Shown here one piece after another: positions 1-16,939 of a stretch of DNA of 64,000 bases. The DNA comes from the human T2T-CHM13v2.0 reference genome, Homo sapiens, in the NCBI RefSeq assembly GCF_009914755.1, contig NC_060930.1; one strand, given 5' to 3'. The stretch's first letter is position 1, and each line of letters opens with the position of its first letter. A program made the translations under genes and the position numbers. A model generated the notes under the pieces. It made no database searches. It was not told the DNA's origin and saw only the letters and a program-made list of their open reading frames with translations.

Positions 1-220
1 TTTGCTGAGCTGCAGAAATGTATAGACGCTATATGGTACAGAAATGAAGTGTTGTGTGAGAGTTTTTGATACACGTTTGTGTGTGTTCTAGAGAATTTGG
101 TAATATACATGAACCTAGGGGCTGTTTTCCACTGGAGAAGTTTAAAAGCAGCAGCAGTCTGTTTTGAGATACTTCCCATGGTAAGGTGAGGAGAGAAGGG
201 TCAGCAGTTAAACATGTGTC

Positions 221-515
221 CTTTTTTTTCCAACTTTTATTTTAGGTTTAAGGGGTACATGGTTAGGTTTATTACATGGGTACATCGTGTGTCACGGGGT
301 TTTGGTGTTCAGATTATTTCATCACCCAAGTAATAAGCATAGATATGATAAGTAGTTTTTCGTTGTTGTTGTTTTCTCTTCTTTTGTTTTTCTTTTGTCT
401 TCAACCTCCTCCCACCTCCCATCCTCCACCCTCAAGTGGGCCCCGGTGTCTGTTGTTCCCCTCTTTGTGTCCATAGGTACTCAATGTTTAACTCCAACTT
501 ATGAATGAAAACAGG
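221..515 (-). mobile_element. L1 3' end fragment (L1PB/L1PA16-like)
   Basis: T-tail then caacttttattttaggtttaaggggtacat...gattatttcatcacccaagtaataagcatag, an antisense old primate L1 3'UTR. Confidence 0.75.
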
Positions 516-1464
516 CAGCCTAAAGATGTATAGGGCTTCTATGGCCTGAGGAGATGATGCGGATAATGGGCTGGCTCCTGTTATTTTTATGTAGTCCAAC
601 CTATAATAGGGTTAGAGTGAGGGTAATAAGATATGGAAGGAATGTTTTCACATGGGTCACTCTATAAGGGCATAGCCTATACTAGACAGGTGAGTAGGGA
701 CAAAGTCCCTGTAGCACTTCCAAAAAACAGCAAGCCTGATATATGAAGAAGAACCTCAATTTGAATGATGGACACATAGAGACGTCAATGGCCATATTTC
801 AGCAGCATTTTTTCTCTAATTCCTTTGCTCACTTCCTCTATTGTTTCTTAAACCTAGAATCAAGAATCAAGTCTGTGCTGGGAAGAAAGAAGCTACGACT
901 ACGACATCAAATTGAAGTTTTGTTTATATAAACTAGACATTTTAATGTCTGAATGTGTCAGAATTACCATAATAAAATTTTTCTTTTAATTGAAATTGAT
1001 TGGAAAGCCAATAGACAGACTTAAGGTTCAGCAAAAAGAATTTACTAGAGTATAATTGAAGGCAAGGTCTGGAGAAAAGTAAAGTATTTTCCTATTTATA
1101 TCACATAGAGTTCAACCTTCATTCCCTGTTCAATATACCAGCTGCAAGAGTATTAATCATTTGACATATTTGCCTTAATATTCTCTTTTTGTTGTTTTAA
1201 CCTCTTTTTATTTCCATTACAGCGAAATGTGTGTTTCCATGCATATGTGAGAGAAGACAGTTAATATGTCCAAATTTCATATTTTCCTTTGTAATCTATA
1301 TCTTTTATGTACTGAATGAGTCATTCACATTCTAGAAGGTACAACAATGTTGCAATATATTCTCATTAAAATTCTAATGCCTTCAATCCTCAAATTAATA
1401 TTCTAAACATTAAATTCATATAAAATATATTTGATCACTGTTCTAAGGTAAGTACAGAAGACCA

Positions 1465-1860
1465 TATGGTGTGCTTCCCAGATCTCCGTTCAAGACTGAA
1501 AAACTTATTCCCCCATCTACTGGAAGTGCATTGCGAGATTATTTCGAGCTCTTCCTCAACTTCAGGAATTGTTCTACCTGAAGAATGTTGCCTTGATTAA
1601 GATCATGTTCTTCCCAGTGTCACCCTACATCTAATGATAGCCAGATGCAGGTATAAAACAAACAAACAGACTGAAAACCTAATCCTTTCTTTTCTACTTA
1701 AGATAACCTGAAGGGACATCTCTAGAGGTCTTTATTTAGACTGTATCAGAGCCCATTTTCTCTGGCGTTCTTCCCGGCTCTTCCCCAGAAGACAATGCTA
1801 AGAGCCCTTAATTGATACTGATGTCTACCTCTGCATCTTGAAAAATCTAATATGGGACAG
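1465..1860 (+). mobile_element. Ancient ERVL LTR (LTR16-like)
   Basis: gatgcaggtataaa, gataacctgaagggacatctctagag and a terminal ...gggaca resemble LTR16 family motifs; heavily diverged. Confidence 0.5.
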
Positions 1861-2169
1861 AAAAGACTGAAATCAGTCCTCCTCCAAGGTCAGAAGCCAT
1901 TTATTACAATGCCATTTTTTAGTAATTATTATTTTCTTTCTGGTGCTCCAATGGCTCCTTGATCATACAGTAAGGAGGCCTATGTAGTGGAGTCGACGCG
2001 ATTATGTGGTTATGCATGTGTATGCTTCTGTGCTTGTGCTAGCACACACACAAACACATACGAATACATAAACACACATATATAACATATGCTCACACAT
2101 AAATGGGGAGAACAGGAGGATTCATATGTTTGTTAAACAAACTACAAAATGAAAGATAAATACAAATGA

Positions 2170-2440
2170 ACTTTTAAAATATCACTTTAAGGAATTCTTA
2201 TTTATCCCTTGGGTAATGGGTTGTTTTTAAAGCAAGAAAGTATTATTATCTGAATTTTTTCCTAAAAGGCAAATAGTAGCCATGTGTTGTATACATAAAC
2301 AGGACCAATGCAAAGGTCATTATAACACATGAGGTGAGAGATGATGAATACCTGAAGCTGGGTATTGACACTGGTAAAAGTTAAGAGGTACTCATTGGAA
2401 GCTAGAATTGATGGGGCTTGGTGACAACATGAAAAATTGA
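2170..2440 (-). mobile_element. L2 relic
   Basis: gaggtgagagatgatgaatacctgaagctggg...gaattgatggggcttggtga is typical of antisense L2. Confidence 0.55.
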
Positions 2441-3047
2441 AAGGGAGCTTTTTTTTTAATGTTATAGGCTATTTAAATCGATTTTATTAGAACACAAAAA
2501 TGTTATTTTTAATTTAAAGTATTAGAAGTATAATTATTCTATAGAAATAAAAGGCATAATATATTCTTTAGTCACACATTTATACCTAGACTAGTTTCAC
2601 GCATGAGTGATAAATGATGCATTAGCCATATTACTGTTCTTCTTGTGTTTTTGAAACCAAGAAATATTCAGATTTAAGTTTATACATCTTTAAAGCATAA
2701 AAAATGCAACTGAATAATTTATGAGCAGTAGCACTGAGACTACTTAAAAAGAATACAGCAGTATTTGAAAAATTACATACTAAAAATGCAAGGTTATATA
2801 TGCAAGAAAAAAGACAAACTCAAGACAATATTTCAGGATCTATAAACATAACAGTCCAGTTGGAAATTTCCAGCTTTAAATATGACATATGCTGATGTGA
2901 ATGACAATAGAAAAAATCTGAATAATTTAGGGACATATCAAGGTCAAATAACTCCCTACTTTTCCGCCTTTTGTAATAAATTACCACCTCACTTTTCCAG
3001 CAGTAAACCAACCTCTAAGTAGAAAGATTCTAAACATAAACAGATAA

Positions 3048-5060
<2,013 letters not shown>

Positions 5061-5221
5061 TTATGTGTAAAAATTAAGATAAATTGAAAAGTAGAAAAAA
5101 TTATCCTATATTATTTTGAGTTGCTGTGATATATATGAATATAGATATGTTTAATAATAACATAAGTATTTTACTGCTTCATCCTGTTTTCAACTTTATA
5201 TGATCTTCCTTTAGAAAATCT

Positions 5222-7488
5222 ACTTTTTTATATATACTTTAAGTTCTGGGATACATGTGCAGAATGTGCAGATTTGTTACATAGGTATACATGTGCCATG
5301 GTGGTTTGCTGCACCCCTCAACCCAACATCGCCAGATATTGTGGGATCTGGCCAGCAGCCCTCAATGCAATGGGGATCTCTCTTTGTTCCCAGACAGATC
5401 GGCAGGTCGAGAAATAACAGACACACACAAGATAGTGAAAGCTGGGTCCAGGGGGGTCACCGCATTCTGGTCCCGCAGTGCCAACAATGCACTGGATATA
5501 CCAGCATTTATTACTAAGTTTAGTGAGGGCGGGGGTAGGTTAGTGAGGGATTTAGGGTCATTTCATTATGAGGTGAGATGGTCACATGGGGATGAAGTAA
5601 TTCTTTAACATAACATCTGTATGCAGAAGTACAGTATACAGAGGTAAGAATTTACAATATAGTGTGTGCATCAGTAATTTCTAACAGAGCCTTAAAACAG
5701 AAACAGTCTTTCTATAACCTATGATTAGCAAGATATTAATCAGCAGTAACAGTTGCAGCAAAAGCTGGTTACAAACAATCCATAGAAGCAGGACGTGAAG
5801 CTAGACAACCAGTTAGACCAGAAATTCTCAGAAGGGAGTATGCCTTAACCCTAAACAGACCTAGAAGACCCGTGGCAAGATGAGGGCGTTTATAGCCCTA
5901 TCTTATCCATATGGACAGGTGCCCCTCATGCGTCCGTTTATAAACTCTCCACAAGGGTCGCATTCCATTCCCAGAGCTATGAACATCTGCTTTTCTGGGA
6001 TAGGAATCTTGGTGATGTGAAACCTCCCTGACTGCACGTCCATTCATAGGCTCTCTGCAGGCGGAAGCACATCACGCGCTGTTGGCTCATTCTGGCAGTC
6101 CAACCTGGCATTGTCTTAACACAATCCTGCATGCAATTTTGTATTTACAATAATCAGGAGCATTTCATCTTTTATTCCGTAGCAATAGTTTCACGGGGTC
6201 TGCCTACATCAACCCATCATCCACATTAGGTATTTCTCCTAATGCTATCCCTCCTCTAGCCCCCCAGCCCACAACAGGCCCCCAAGTGTGTGAGGTTCCC
6301 CTCCCTGTGTCCATGTGTTCTCATTGTTCAGCTCTCACTTATGAGTGAGAACATGTGGTGTTCGGTTTTCTGTTCTTGTGTTAGTTTGCTGAGAATGATG
6401 CTTTCCAGCTTCAACCATGTCCCCACAAAGAACATGAACTCATCCTTTTTTATGGCTGCACAGTATTCCATGGTGTATATGTGCCACATTTTTTAAATCC
6501 AGTCTATCATTGATGGGCATTTGGGTTGGTTCCAAGTCTTTGCTATTGTGAATAGTGCTACAATAAACATACATGTGCATGTGTCTTTATAGTAAAATGA
6601 TTTATAATCCTTTGGGTATATCCTAGTAATGGGATCACTGGGTCAAATGGTACTTCTGGTTCTAGATCCTTGAGAAATCGCCATTCTGCCTTCCACAATG
6701 GTTGAACTAATTTACACTGCCGCCAACAGTGTAAAAGTGTTCCTATTTCTCCACATTCTCTCCAGCACCTGTTGCTTCCTGACTTTTTAATGATCACCAT
6801 TCTAACTGGTGTAAGATGGTACCTCATTGCGGTTTTGATTTGCCTTTAACTAATGACCAGTGATGATGAGCTTTTTTTCATACAATTGTTGGCCGCATAA
6901 ATATCTTCTTTTGAGAAGTGTCTGTTCATATCCTTTGCCTACTTTTTGATAGGGTTGTTTGTTTTTTTACTGTAAATTTGTTTAAGTCCTTTGTAGATTC
7001 TGGATATTAGCCCTTTGTCAGATGGATAGATTGCAAAAATATTCTCCCATTCTGTAGGCTGCCTGTTCACTCTGATGATACTTTCTTTTGTTGTGCAGAC
7101 AATCTTTAGTTTAATTTGATCCCATTTGTCAATTTTGGCTTTTGTTGCCATTGCTTTTAGTGTTTTCGTCATGAAGTCTTTGCCCATGCCTATGTCCTGA
7201 ATGGCATTGCCTAGGTTTTCTTCTAGGGCTTTAGGGTTTTAGGTCTTACATTTAAGTTTTTAATCCATCTTGAGTTAATTTTTGTATAAAGTGTAAGGAT
7301 GGGGTCCAGTTTCAGCTTTCCACATATGGCTAGCCAATTTTCCCAACACCATTTATTAAATAGGGAACCCTTTTCCCATTTCTTGTTTTTGTCAGGTTTG
7401 CCTAAGATCAGATGGTTATAGATGTGTGGTGTTTCTGAGGCCTCCGTTAAGTTCCATTGGTCTATATATCTGTTTTGGCACCAGTACA
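5222..7488 (-). mobile_element. 5'-truncated L1PA7/8-like element, interrupted by an LTR at 5331-6208
   Basis: Antisense 3'UTR tatactttaagttctgggatacatgtgcag; minus-strand ORF2 fragments at 6558-7489 ([21 protein letters not shown]). Confidence 0.95.
5337..6208 (-). mobile_element. HERV-K-class LTR (MER11D / HML-7-like), ~872 bp
   Basis: Minus strand begins TGTAGGCAGACCCCGTGAAACTATTGCTACGGAATAAAAGATG, contains TATAAA and AATAAA, ends GCCAGATCCCACAATA; it splits the L1 3'UTR. Confidence 0.85.
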
Positions 7489-7494
7489 AGTTAC

Positions 7495-7950
7495 CTCACT
7501 TGTATGTTTATTGCAGCACTTCTCACAATAGGAGATATGAAATACACTTAAGAGTCCATCAGTGGATTATTGGATAAAGAAAATTTGTACACATAAACAC
7601 AGACCATGCAATACTACTCAGGAATAAAAAAGAATAAAATTATGTCTTTTAGGTGGAACTGGAGGCCATTATACCAAGTGACAAAGTCAGAGACAGAAAG
7701 TCAAATATTGCATATTTTCACTTGTAAGTAAGAACTAAATAATGTTAACAGTGAACATAGAGCGTGGAATAATAGGCATAGGAGACTTGGAAAGTGGGGA
7801 GGTGACGAATGAGAAATTACCAACGGGTACAAAGTACAGTATTTGGGTGATGTTTACACTGAAGGAGTGAACTTCACCACTGTGCAATATAGCCATATAA
7901 TAATACCACACTTGTGCTCCCTAAAACTATAAAAATAAAATTAAAAAGAA
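7495..7950 (+). mobile_element. L1MA-type 3' end
   Basis: tgtatgtttattgcagcact...gagaaattaccaacgggtacaaagtac...cacttgtgctccctaaaactataaaaataaa. Confidence 0.85.
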
Positions 7951-8669
7951 GCAGAATATGAAAAAATTGACATAATTCATAGAAAACACTAAATATTAAT
8001 TTGAGGTACTTAGTTTATTAAAAGAAGATCTTTTCATACTTGTTTCCTGGTAATGAAAAAAGTGGATATACATTTTTCCTTGTGATATTATAATTGTAAA
8101 AGATGTCACTACAATGATAAATATAAATGGAAAGTATAATTTTCCAATTAATCATTTATAAGAATTGTTTTCCATAAGGAACTACAAAGGGACTAAAACA
8201 TATAATTTTTTTGGTTCTAACACGACATGTAGTATTTATAAACATGTAGAACTATCCAGTTCTGGAGAAAGAAAGTCATTCTTTAAAATATGTTTTCAAA
8301 TTGCTACAATTTTAAAAAAAGGTGGAAAGACAATTTTCAATACTTTGCATTATATTTTGTTTGAAAGATATACTCTAGGCTAATTTTCAACTCATAGAGA
8401 AGGTTTATATTTTACTTTTTAGAATTTTGGAAATAATAACTGCACCATTACATTGTAAGTTTTTGATCCCTTCTTTCATATGGTCTTGGCTCCTGAGATA
8501 CCTAGATGCTCAGACATCTATTAAGCAAATAAATAAATAAATACCATACACTTCAAGGTGAGACAAAGCTTTGTAAAATGGTCTTCATAAGTAGCACTAC
8601 ACAAGAAAATAATATAAAGCATTCTATCAAATTTCCCAATAATAACAAGAAGTCAAATAGATTTCATCG

Positions 8670-8790
8670 CTTCCTTCCTTTCTTCCTATTTTCCTTCCTT
8701 CTCTTTCTTTTCTTCTCTCTCCAGCCTTACTTCTGTTTTATTTTTTCCCTCTTTCCTCCCTTTTTCCTCTCTCTTTTCTCCCATTTTTCT
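8670..8790. repeat. CT-rich low-complexity tract
   Basis: Near-pure pyrimidine run; explains the Phe/Leu/Ser-rich ORF at 8578-8952. Confidence 0.85.
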
Positions 8791-9374
8791 CCTTATGTAT
8801 TCTACAATGAATTTATGCTGCATAATTTTACAGTTCATATAGCTTGTAACTTTGTAAAAATGAAGAAAACATGTAGGAGAGCTCTGATAGAGACACAGCC
8901 CTCAAAAGCAAACAATCTTCTTTTTTCCTTTCTTTTTTTTTTTTTTTTTTAAGTCTTGGGCCATAGTTACAACAAAACTGTACCAGTGGTGGTTTATAAA
9001 ATGCAAGAGAAAGAAAGATGTTTGGCATTTTAGGGACACATTTGCTAGTACCATCCTGATTTTTAACATGAGGTTACAAAAAAAACCTATTTTACAATAA
9101 AACCTGCAGAAGTCACTAGTCTGATATTTAATATTAGAGAAGTATTAAGATTTGGAAAATTATAGAATTTCAAGTATAAAGATAATGACAGAGAAAATTA
9201 GGAAAGGATAATAGGAGGAGTAAGAACTTGCTTTTATGCATCTGAGTTTAGAAAATCCATCTGAATTTTTTTAAAAAGACATGAAGTAAACGCAATGAGA
9301 TATGGAAGATCCTATGTGTCTTGTGAAATAATGGCTCATAAGACACTGAGGAAATGGTCAATAGACAAATCTAA

Positions 9375-9502
9375 GCACCCATCTCAGCTTGCACAGTACG
9401 TTGCTGGTTTCTATGGGTTGTCCTAGACCTTTGTTTTCATTTTAATTGCTTTAGTGTTTACTACTTTTAAGAATGTCCTGATTTTGATGCTATAGTCACC
9501 TG
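9375..9502 (-). mobile_element. MER94-like hAT-Blackjack MITE relic
   Basis: Ends aagaatgtcctgattttgatgctatagtcacct, resembling the MER94 terminus. Confidence 0.45.
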
Positions 9503-9620
9503 ATGAATACAGAACCCCCACAAGGAGGATGAAGAAAGTAGATAATATCTAAGATCAATAAAAAGACTGAAACTTTTGTTCTATAACTGAACATGATTGT
9601 TTAAAAATTATGTATAATAA

Positions 9621-9808
<188 letters not shown>

Positions 9809-10114
9809 ATATATGTATGTATAATAAAACATATGCACTCTGTGTAAACTAGTATGTAAATATTTTTAAATTTAGTAACTTATGGAGTTTAATCATATTG
9901 CCATTTGATTCTTCATATTTTTTTTTTGTCTCTTGAAGTTGTGATGCAATTTAATATTTTTGGTGATTGTTAAAAGAAACTTCTTCAGGTATATTTTTAA
10001 AAAGACAAATATTTGCATTTAAACTAAATTACTCCTTCTTGATTATAATTTCTAAGCAGAGATCGCCCTTGTGTAATCAGTAGTATAGAAGAGGCTCAGG
10101 TAACTAAAACTATA

Positions 10115-10300
10115 AATATAGTTAACAGTGTACTTTCTGGGGTCAGCCTGCCTGACTTGGAATCCCAGACCCAACACTGACTGGTTATTTCACCTTCTGC
10201 AAATTGATGCACTTGTGCAAAATGATGTTAACTAGCAACGAGGTAAACCATTGGCTTGTTGTAGATTTAAAAAAAAAAAAAAAAACTTTGTAAAACCCTT
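10115..10300 (+). mobile_element. MIR
   Basis: gttaacagtgtactttctggggtcagcctgcctgacttggaatcccag matches the MIR 5' core. Confidence 0.7.
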
Positions 10301-10309
10301 AGCCATTTA

Positions 10310-10800
10310 TATTTGTCCATAGTTTGCTCTGCTATGTTAGATTGGGAAGACAAAGGAAAAATGTTCATTTTCTTCCTTCAAAGTGTTTAATAATCTCAAG
10401 AAAAGACAGTATTGCGTAAGAAAAATTATTAATAAAATATAAAATTTGATATAATGACTAAGAGAGAAAATTCCTTAATCTCCCTGATAAAGTCATAAAA
10501 ATTTTCAAAATGAAGGAGAATTTGAGGTGAGACCAGAAAGCTTAGGAAGAGTTGAAAGAGAGCAAAGGCAATAATTTGTGAAAAATATACATTTTACAAG
10601 AAAACTACATATCATTCAGTGATACTGAAATATAATATGCAAGGGCAAATTAGGTGTCCATGTACATAGAAATAAGTGTTCATTTAGTTTCTTAAATGAT
10701 TAGGCACCACTGAGAAATTTTCAACAGCGAGTTATGTGTGGAATATTTTAAAAATATCAACCTCTGGGAAAAGTTAAATATAGATTGCAAAATTAGAAGA
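10310..10800 (-). mobile_element. L2 relic
   Basis: Purine-rich antisense L2 pattern (gaaggagaatttgaggtgagaccagaaagc...gccactgagaaattttcaacag-like). Confidence 0.5.
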
Positions 10801-13800
10801 GACATGGTATTTATCACCCTTGTTTGGCAAGATTATGACAAATAATATTACAGTAGGATTAATAATATTTCCCGAAACTCTCAGAAGGTATATGGCTAGT
10901 GAAGAGTAGAATTAAAACACAATTCTGTTATTAAACTGCAGGTGTTCTGAGAAATTCTACTGCATTTATTGAATTTTAATTTGATATATACCTCAGATCC
11001 AATGTAATCTTTTGATTTTTCTTCATATATCATGTGATAAAAGAGTTTTCAGTGGGAAAATAGGAGAATGGTAGAAGTCAGTGAAGGAAAAAGAGAGAGG
11101 AAGTTGGGTCACAGCCATATTAAGCTGATGCCTATTAAATATCAAGGAGTCAATCATTGTTTTTTTTTTTTACTTTGCCTACCTTAGCAATGTTATATCT
11201 ATATGTAACTATTTCTACAATAACATTTTATAAATACATGCACATACAGGTAATATGGCTCTGTCAAAAAGTTGATTTTTTTGTTGACTTTTATAGAAAA
11301 CTATCTTTATAGTCAAGTATGAAGCTATATAAACATAGTTATATAATTACAAAGTAGCAATTTGGCTATTCTATATCCTGTGAATATTCAAACACATACA
11401 GAAACATACATGGTTCTGTATTTATAGTGTTAAGAAATGACAAGTTAACTGCAACTTGAGCATTTTACTCAAATTTGGTCTAAAATAATTATTCTAAAGC
11501 CGTATGAAATCCCAGAATTCAGCTGGGATTAGAGGGAATGATCTAGCTTGTTTTGGCAGGAGAATATATAAAAGGTAATATAATAGGTCTCTTTCCTACT
11601 CAGCAATCCTATAAAACAAAACAAAAGTTCCTCTGCCTGCAGTAGTGTATACTGAGATGAAAGTTAAAGATTCTGTTGTATTCTTCAAAACGACTGATCT
11701 TGGTTCCTGAGCCAGTATGCCTGTTCTGATTAAACATTTTCTGGCAAATTCTCAGAGATATATTTAAAAATGTCATACTCCTGGTTAAAAAAAATCTGTA
11801 TTATTTATCTAAACATCTTTATTTACTTTACCATATTTGGTTAAAAATGTAAACTGATTCTAAAATACAATTCGTTGTTTTCAAATTATATTACCTAAAT
11901 ATGCTATAAGAATATTAGACAACTTTTGAAGTTAGTAACTTCGAGCTGATTTTAATCATTTATTTTGAGAGTAAACTATTTGTACATTTATTCATTTTGT
12001 GTGGTTGTTCTTAACGGTAGTCTTGATTTTCTTAGTTGCTATCATTATTACAAACCTCTTTCTCTGTTTTTGATAAGCTAGATTATTAAATGAAGGAAAA
12101 TTAATGGAAAATATAGGGGAAGCTAAGATATGGAAACCTCTTCAAATTCTCAATTATATAACAATACATAAAAGTATCGTATAAATTATCTCACTGGTAA
12201 GGTAAGGCGGTACTTGAGTCTTGCACATCCTAAAAATGAAATGCTATTTTAATAATGATAAATAATTCAAAGATCACTTAAGCCATTGTAAATAAAATAT
12301 TAAACTTTGAAATGTATTTTATGCACTGCTTAAATAAATTGACAAAAATATTTCTAAAGAAAATTTAAAAATCATCCAGAGTACTTAGAATGTAGAATTC
12401 TTAATCTATATTGTTTCTTCTGCTAAAGGTAAGAGCTATCGAATAGCATATGTCTTCACTTTTAAAATACACCATATTGAATTCTGTAAGCTTAGTCTGG
12501 TTTTTGTTAGGATACCAAAGGCATGAAAAGATTCGATAGTTAAAAAATTCAAACTGCAGCCAGATTACATATATTCTGAGGCATGTATATCTCACATATA
12601 TGTTTTTGTGTGTTTGTGTGTGTGTGTACACATATACATATAATGATAATTCACTTTGGATAAAAAGGTATGTTTTGTCTCTTAGTTTTAAAATTATTAT
12701 AATTAACAGTCTAATAATTAAAATGATATAGATTAAAAAGTCAATTCTCAGTGTATATCATAACGAATAGCTACTTCATCATGTATACTTTAGACATTTT
12801 AAAACTATTCTTCACAAGCTAATGTGAAATTCATGTTAAGTGCATATTCACATCAAAGTCACTTTTACATTAAGTGTTTACTGCAGGCATGCTTTACAAT
12901 GTCCACATGATCATCAAGGCTTGAGTGACCATTTGAGGTTTCATCTTGCATTCTATTTGTGCAGGTAGTCTTTCAGTAGATCTGACATTGATCATCTGTC
13001 AATTTGATTTTCTAATCTTATGAGACTCATTGTAAACAAAATAACTAAATGTATGCAGGCCCACAGAGAAAACACAACAGCTCTGCATTTTATTTCTGAC
13101 AGAAGCATTCTTTTCAATCAAGCTTAAAAATAGAAGAAAATAACAGTATGTTTTCACTTTATGAATTCTTACCAAACGATTGGGTCCGAGGCATTTAGAA
13201 TTTAAAAACAACTAATCTAAATATAGAAAGAGCCTGGCTTGTGAAGTTTTAAAATTAGACGATGGAACCAATAACGAGCATATGTTAATGAAGACATGAA
13301 ATCATCACGGCATTACATCTATCTTAGTCAGAGCCTGTCAGTATGCCCATTGCCTAATAAATTGTATCCCTAGTCACAGTTTATAAGACACAAGAAGACA
13401 TTTTCAGAACCTACAAATGAAGCCAATATGTGACATTTCAAAACTGCTGTACTACCACAATTAGTGGAAAATATACAAAGTAACAAATACGACATTTATT
13501 TCACAAAGAGTGGCTTAAAGACTTGCCTAGCTCATCAGCTTCCTATGAAACATTGTCAGGTAATATTTACGTGTGTCAGGGTGGGAGGGAGACGGATATG
13601 GTTTAGGTCAGACGCTGGGGGAAGGAATGTATTATTTCAAATACGGTATCTGGGAAATACTTATTTGTCTGACAAAGGTGCGTCATTATACATAAAGAAT
13701 AGTTGCCTTCCTAAGCACTGACACAAATAAATATTTATCTTCCGTACATAGATGACTTGCATTAAAATTTGTAAATTTTTTATTGCTTAATTGAGAAGCA

Positions 13801-14929
13801 TAATCTCTGAATATTAATAGACAACATGGAGAGTTAACGAAGTTTTTGTCATAATGCAGTACATTTCTCCAACATTCTCTAATAAAAGTATTTGTAGCTA
13901 ACTCAAAATACTGGTGGGTCCTATATAATTAATGCATCGATTAAATATGAACTACAGGTTATATCAATAATATAAGACTTTTTCTTGAATTATAAATCAA
14001 AAAGAGATAAGAGCTGATGAAAACTATCCACATTTACTTTTAGGATGCTAAAAAAATGAAGAATGCATCTAGAAATTGTATTCTATGTAACTCAGATGGA
14101 TTCTATCTCACTCAGATGTTATATCACATCTTCCTCTGAGTGTTCTCCCACAGCTGTGGTGTGCACTACTGTTTTTTGTGAATTTCAAGGCACCTTCTGG
14201 TTTCTATTACATGAATTGCTAAAACATTTACCATGCTGCAGGTGTCTATACATGTTATCCTTTGACTTCCTCATATACCTTTCCTTACTAAAATTCTACA
14301 ACTTTGCATCAGCACAGTGTTTGCTAGTTAATTCTTGAAGTTTTTTCTAAAATTCCCCACAGAAACCATTAAACATGGATTGTTTCACCATGAGAAAAAC
14401 TAAAGAATCAATCTTCCTGATATTATTCAAAACAGATTACTTTTTCCTACAATTACTTTTCTAAACTGATACAACATAATGTGTATTTCTTCAAACTAGT
14501 CAATAAGTAGAACAAAATCACCAGTTTTCACATTTGATTCAGCACGAGCTTTATTTGCTATTCATGAATTGGATTTACTTCCTATATAAATATTTCTCCC
14601 AATTTTTCTTACCATTTGGTCAATGTTAACAATGGCACTTGATTCTTGCCAAGTGAAAATAATTTTAATTTATTATCTTCTACTTGCATACGTATTCGTT
14701 TTAGATCACGTCTATATTTCTGTTTTATTATTTTTACTATGGCTAGATATGATATTTTGGATGCTTATTTGTGCTTATAATGAAGTTGAAGTTTCACATA
14801 ATTTTATTCCTCTTTACAAGTATTTTTATCAAAATTATGAAACCCTATTTTACATATAATTGAAAATTGAAACTAATTATGAATTTCCCTTACTTAATAA
14901 ATATTTGTCAAATTTTGCTCAATATTATG

Positions 14930-15990
<1,061 letters not shown>

Positions 15991-16239
15991 TACATATATG
16001 TTAAATATTCTATGTTACACTTTAATTATTTTAACTTTTAAAACTTTTAATTTGTATGGTAGTATTGATCTAAATGTTTTTCTTTATCCTACTTCTTTAA
16101 TATTTTAAATTAAACCTCTGGTGCGTAATATTGAGCTATAATATTTACTATATTCATTAAGCCTCAGGCATACTTTTTTACATTTGCCGTGTCAGAAATT
16201 GGAATGCACCTTATATTTCTTCTTACTGTTAACATATTA

Positions 16240-16680
16240 CCAGCAACACAAAGCCCATTTCATGTTTGGGTTTTCCCTTATTTCTTAATCCCCATCCCAT
16301 CTGCTTCCTTTCACAGGAAACCATTTGTAATGTGTTTGCCGTACGTTCTTCAGCATAGATATAGTCTTGTAAAATATAGTGTGGGTTTTGTGTATTTTCA
16401 GTTCCATTAAGGGTTTTGTAAATCCCATCTCTGTCCTACTTTACTCATCCAGCCTTGTTTGGGGACCAATCTATGTCACATATCTGGTTTATTGTTTCAT
16501 ATTGCTATACAGCATCTCATAGTGTGATTTACTGTATTTTATTAATCCATTCTTCTGGAGATGGATACACAGGTTGCTTTCAACTCCCTAATGCCATATA
16601 CACCATCCTTGTATAGATCTTTGCAATAATTTCTCAGGAGTATATATCCAGGAGAGGAATACTTGCCTGTACTATTTAAA
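16240..16680 (-). mobile_element. Old L1M (L1ME-like) 3' fragment
   Basis: atccattcttctggagatggatacacaggttgctttcaa...tttctcaggagtatatatccaggagaggaat. Confidence 0.6.
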
Positions 16681-16699
16681 TATATTTCTTCCTCAAAGA

Positions 16700-16930
16700 G
16701 TATTGGAAAATTTATTTGACTATGAATATAAAAATATTTAAAATTATTCTCCCATTATTGAATAAATGGGATTGTGGCAACAGGCTACCTATGTGCATAA
16801 AATAACACGAATGTCTATTTTACTCCTTATGCCAAAATAAATCACAGATGGATAAGTATTCAAACACTAAGAAGAAATGAAGTCATATTAATACTGGGAG
16901 AAATAACATGGGAAAATTGAAAATAAATCT
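16700..16930 (+). mobile_element. Old L1M ORF2 fragment
   Basis: aataaatgggattgtggcaacagg...tactccttatgccaaaataaatcacagatggat resembles the L1 ORF2 3' region. Confidence 0.5.
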
Positions 16931-16939
16931 GTCCATTTT

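Noticed and set aside
520-990. 62-aa ORF at 743-931 / possible ancient Gypsy-like LTR
   Set aside because: No protein similarity, and the repeat resemblance is too weak to call
7488-7500. Antisense/sense L1 junction as twin priming
   Set aside because: The two pieces have separate 3' tails and belong to different-age subfamilies
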